A DNA stretch of 64,000 nt from the NCBI GenBank assembly GCA_040769985.1, contig JAXGJZ010000005.1, positions 51,426 through 115,425 on the forward strand. The letters run 5' to 3'. This document shows positions 60,477 to 64,000 of the stretch, one piece after another. The stretch's first letter is position 1. Every line of letters begins with the position of its first letter. This stretch comes from Desulfobacterales bacterium. Lineage in GTDB: Bacteria; Desulfobacterota; Desulfobacteria; Desulfobacterales; JAHDSC01. Below the pieces are notes generated by a model that was given only the letters and a program-made list of their open reading frames with translations, had not been told where the DNA came from and did no database searches. Position numbers and translations under genes: made by a program.

Positions 60477-61241
60477 TTACTCGGGCCTGTTTCGAGTCTC
60501 ATATTCACGATTCATCTGAGAGATATATCCCTGATCCGCAAAGCTGAAATACCGGTTATCACCGATGATAAGATGTTCATGAACGGTTATCCCCAGCATC
60601 CGACAGGCAAAAAGAAGCTGACGGGTGATAGAGATATCTTCCCCGGATGGCATCGGGTCACCGGAAGGATGATTATGCGTAAAAATCAACGCCGCACTAT
60701 GGTGGTTCAACGCGGCAAGCACCACCTCCCTCGGATAAACCGAACTCGCCGTCAAGGTGCCCTCAAAGAGCGTCTCGGCTGCGATCACCTTGTTTTTGGC
60801 GTCCAGAAAAATGGCTTTGAAACACTCCCGGGTCTTATCCCTCATCGTGTGATAGAGATAATCGAACAGGTCTTTGGAATTGTTTAAGGCTTCCTTCCCT
60901 ATAAGTTTTTTTTTGAGATACCGGTCGGCAACCGCCTTAATCAGCTTGATCCCCAATATGTTTCGGGCGCCTAATCCTTCAATTTCACAAAGGTCGCTAG
61001 CGGAAGCCTCAAGCACACCCTGCAGAGTTTTGAACCTATTCATGGCCTCTTTGGCCGCCTCCTTGCAGTCCTTCCTCGGAGTGGCAAGGGTTAAAAGCAG
61101 TTCAATCACCTCATAATCATGGAATCCGGACAAACCGGAGGATAGAAATTTGTCCCGCAGTCTTTTCCTGTGACCCACTCCCTTTTGTTTCGAATCGCAA
61201 ACCGCGGACTCCGGGTTATATGTGGTGTGTTCCGGTTTCAT
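60477..61241 (-). CDS. radC: RadC-family JAB/MPN-domain protein
   Basis: HhH region (LLTLATPRKDCKEAAKEAM). JAMM motif (ALIFTHNHPSGDPMPSGED). Confidence 0.92.
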   Translation of the reverse strand: MKPEHTTYNPESAVCDSKQKGVGHRKRLRDKFLSSGLSGFHDYEVIELLLTLATPRKDCKEAAKEAMNRFKTLQGVLEASASDLCEIEGLGARNILGIKLIKAVADRYLKKKLIGKEALNNSKDLFDYLYHTMRDKTRECFKAIFLDAKNKVIAAETLFEGTLTASSVYPREVVLAALNHHSAALIFTHNHPSGDPMPSGEDISITRQLLFACRMLGITVHEHLIIGDNRYFSFADQGYISQMNREYETRNRPE

Positions 61242-61312
61242 TCCCTCTCGCAGTCTTGATCATAAGCCTCATATTGCAGCCGGAATACAGGGGTCAATAT
61301 TGCCGGGGCTGC

Positions 61313-62347
61313 CTACCGATCATCCATTTCCTGTTTGAGATCTCGGGTCATCAACCGATGCAAGGCCTCTCCCGGAGAAACATCATCATACAGAATATGA
61401 TAAATCTCGTGCGAAATGGGCATTTCGACACCCAGTTTTCGGGATAGATTGTAAACGGATTTCGCTGTCTTCACACCCTCTGCCACCATGCGCATTTCGG
61501 ACAGAATCTCATTGAGCCGCTTACCTTGTCCGATCTTTTTTCCCACGGTGTGATTTCTGCTGAGATCTCCCGTGCAAGTCAATATAAGGTCTCCAAGACC
61601 GGCCAATCCGACAAAGGTCCTCGGGTTGGCACCAAGCCTCAGACCCAGGCGTCGCATTTCCGTAAGCCCTCTTGTTATCAGGGCCGCCCGCGTATTTAAT
61701 CCAAGGCCGAGTCCATCGATGATACCGGCGGCGATGGCGATAACATTCTTAACCGCACCACCCAATTCAACTCCGATCATATCATCATTCGTGTAAACCC
61801 TGAAAAAAGGAGTGGCAAAAATTTCCTGGATGAAGCCTGCCACGCAGGGATTTTTTGAGGCCACGGTAACCGCTGTAGGAACATTACCCGCAACTTCGCG
61901 TGCAAAGCTAGGACCCGAGAGAACCGCAAACCGGTTTTCAGGAATATCGCACAGAACCTCTTTAAGCACACCGGACATGGTTAAATGGGTAATGTTTTCT
62001 ATTCCTTTGGATGCCGATACGATGATCATTTCTTTTGACACATAGGCTGAAATCTTATCAGCGGTTTCCCTCATCACATGCGAGGGGACAACGATCAGCA
62101 AAACGTTTTTTCCTGAAACCACGCTGGAAATATCATTGGACGGAAACAGGTTTGTCGAAAGTGAAAAACCGGGTAGAAATACCTTGTTCTCCCGGTACCT
62201 TTCGATTTGCTCTTTCACTTCCTTTTCAAAAACCCAATGGCTTACTTTCAATCCCTTGTTCGCAAGAAGATTGGCAAGAGCGGTGCCCCAACTTCCAGCC
62301 CCCACTACACCCATACGTACATCATTTATGTTGATTCCGTTATTCAT
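61313..62347 (-). CDS. gpsA: NAD(P)H-dependent glycerol-3-phosphate dehydrogenase
   Basis: 344 aa. VVGAGSWGTALANLLA Rossmann motif. GLGDLILTCTGDLSRN motif. Confidence 0.96.
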   Translation of the reverse strand: MNNGININDVRMGVVGAGSWGTALANLLANKGLKVSHWVFEKEVKEQIERYRENKVFLPGFSLSTNLFPSNDISSVVSGKNVLLIVVPSHVMRETADKISAYVSKEMIIVSASKGIENITHLTMSGVLKEVLCDIPENRFAVLSGPSFAREVAGNVPTAVTVASKNPCVAGFIQEIFATPFFRVYTNDDMIGVELGGAVKNVIAIAAGIIDGLGLGLNTRAALITRGLTEMRRLGLRLGANPRTFVGLAGLGDLILTCTGDLSRNHTVGKKIGQGKRLNEILSEMRMVAEGVKTAKSVYNLSRKLGVEMPISHEIYHILYDDVSPGEALHRLMTRDLKQEMDDR

Positions 62348-62407
62348 AGGATGGTTATCCGTTGATTTCCCCCCCCTAAAAAAGACCGTTCAGGGGGAGG
62401 AAGCATC

Positions 62408-64000
62408 TCATTCTTCCCTTTCCGCCAGGCCTGCCGCACCGGTTACCCGCTCTCCAGGTTCGATATCAATAAGCCGGACGCCCTGGGTATTACGACTGAT
62501 CACCGAAATACCATGGATGGGCATCCGTATGATTTTTCCCGTGTCCGTCATAAGCATCAGATCGTCAAGTTCGTCGACCAGGAGGATGGCAACCACCTGA
62601 CCGTTTCGTTCACTGGTTTTGATGGTTATGACTCCCCTACCCCCCCGTTTCTGGATCGGGTACTCATCAATCGAGGTCCTCTTTCCATACCCTTTTTCGG
62701 TGGCCGTAAAAAGCGTCTGGCCATGGCTCAAAACTTCCATTCCGACAATTCGATCTCCGTTCGCAAGTGTCATTCCACGCACCCCCCTGGCACTGCGACC
62801 ACTGGGGCGAACGTCGGATTCATGGAAGCGGATGGATTTTCCCGACGCGGAACCTAAAAATACATTCCGGGTTCCATCCGTAATTCTCACCGCAATCAAT
62901 TCGTCTTCCGGCAACAAATTCAAAGCGATGATTCCTCCGGACCTGGGACGGCTGAAAGCCATTAAATCCGTTTTTTTGATCAATCCGTGTTTCGTAGCCA
63001 TGATAATATGGTATCCGGGATCAAATGAGGGGACATCAAGCACTGCGGTCAGTTTTTCATCCTTGCCGAAGTTAAGCAGGTTGACAATGGCTTTCCCTCG
63101 ACTCTGCCGGCTCGCCTGAGGAATATCATAAACCTTGCACCAGTAAACCTTCCCCAGATTGGTGAAAAAGAGAAAGGTGTGATGCGTGGAAGCGACAAAA
63201 AGATGTTCGACGAAATCTTCCTCTTTTGTTCCCATCGCCGTTTTCCCTTTGCCTCCCCGTCGCTGGCTCTGATAAAGTGTAATGGGGTTTCGTTTGATAT
63301 AGCCGCTGTTGGAAATGGTCACGACCATATCCTCTTCAACGATCATATCTTCAATGGTCAACTCTTTCGTCGCTTCGGCGATTTCCGTTCGGCGGGGGTC
63401 TCCGAATTCTTTTTGTATCTCGGAAAGTTCGTCCTTCACGATATTCAGAACCACGTGCTCACTGGCGAGTATTTCTTTGAATTTGGCAATATCCTTGAGA
63501 ATGCTTTCATATTCTTCCAGTATCTTTTTCTGCTCGAGTCCGGTCAACCGTTGTAGCCGCATGTCTAAAATTGCCTGTGCCTGAATCGGCGTGAGGCCGA
63601 AGCTTTCAATCAGGCCATCCTTGGCTTCATTCGGCGTTTTTGATTTACGAATCAGGGCAACCACCGCATCCAGGTTCTCCAGCGCAATTTTTAGGCCTTC
63701 AAGAATATGGGCGCGTGCCTCGGCCTTTTTCAGATCGTAGCGGGTCCTCCGGATGATGATTTCCTTTCGGTGAAGGATGAAATACTGGAGGAGTTCTTTA
63801 AGGCTCAAAATCTGGGGACGCTTATTGACAACACAGAGAAAGATAATACCGAAACTCGTCTCCATCTGGGTGAACTTGTAAAGCTGATTGACAACCACGC
63901 CGGGCACCTGATCTTTTTTAAGGGCCAGCACGATTCGCATTCCCTCTCTGTCTGATTCATCTCTTACATATTTCACCCCTTCGATCTGTTTGTTCTTCAT
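62408..64000 (-). CDS. gyrA: DNA gyrase subunit A, C-terminal ~530 aa (5' end lies beyond the window)
   Basis: Tower/coiled-coil region and beta-pinwheel CTD with the GyrA box (QRRGGKGKTAM). The ORF is open to the window edge. Confidence 0.95.
   Translation of the reverse strand: MKNKQIEGVKYVRDESDREGMRIVLALKKDQVPGVVVNQLYKFTQMETSFGIIFLCVVNKRPQILSLKELLQYFILHRKEIIIRRTRYDLKKAEARAHILEGLKIALENLDAVVALIRKSKTPNEAKDGLIESFGLTPIQAQAILDMRLQRLTGLEQKKILEEYESILKDIAKFKEILASEHVVLNIVKDELSEIQKEFGDPRRTEIAEATKELTIEDMIVEEDMVVTISNSGYIKRNPITLYQSQRRGGKGKTAMGTKEEDFVEHLFVASTHHTFLFFTNLGKVYWCKVYDIPQASRQSRGKAIVNLLNFGKDEKLTAVLDVPSFDPGYHIIMATKHGLIKKTDLMAFSRPRSGGIIALNLLPEDELIAVRITDGTRNVFLGSASGKSIRFHESDVRPSGRSARGVRGMTLANGDRIVGMEVLSHGQTLFTATEKGYGKRTSIDEYPIQKRGGRGVITIKTSERNGQVVAILLVDELDDLMLMTDTGKIIRMPIHGISVISRNTQGVRLIDIEPGERVTGAAGLAEREE

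Noticed and set aside
1-64000. CRISPR arrays, IS elements with transposases, rRNA genes
   Set aside because: No regularly spaced short direct repeats, no transposase-like ORFs and no rRNA-like sequence were seen anywhere in the window.

Overview
This window looks like a Desulfobacterota-type (delta-proteobacterial) chromosome segment; that guess rests only on protein sequence flavour and gene order. Positions 1-31.8 kb, all on the minus strand, hold the translation/transcription supercluster. In transcription order it runs tRNA(Thr-Tyr-Gly-Thr)-tuf-rpmG-tRNA(Trp)-secE-nusG-rplKAJL-rpoBC-rpsLG-tuf-S10/spc/alpha operons-rplQ. Positions 32-35 kb hold an AT-rich repeat-bearing spacer, a LysM lytic transglycosylase and tRNA-Arg(CCT). 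Positions 35.2-43.3 kb are an 8.1-kb integrative element inserted in the 3' end of tRNA-Arg and bounded by a perfect 47-bp direct repeat. It carries a tyrosine integrase, an AlpA-like HTH protein, a Toprim primase, an AAA+-like/wHTH protein, a P27-type small-terminase-like protein and several orphan genes, all on one strand. There is no large terminase and no recognisable capsid gene, so it looks like a PICI/P4-style phage satellite. Positions 43.6-64 kb are housekeeping genes: pyk, a GC-rich DASS/TrkA-C transporter, a histidine kinase-lipoprotein-sigma54 regulator module, a U32 peptidase, PBP1A, a GNAT, pgk, radC, gpsA and partial gyrA. The leads I rate highest are: (1) a ~99-aa parvulin-type PPIase-like domain inserted in frame into RpoC (beta-prime); (2) the satellite-like island and its orphan cargo; (3) an str operon that lacks fusA, with two tuf copies that appear sequence-identical; (4) a ~93-bp repeat family around the tRNA cluster. 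All calls come from reading the ORF translations and the nucleotide sequence by eye. No database search was run.
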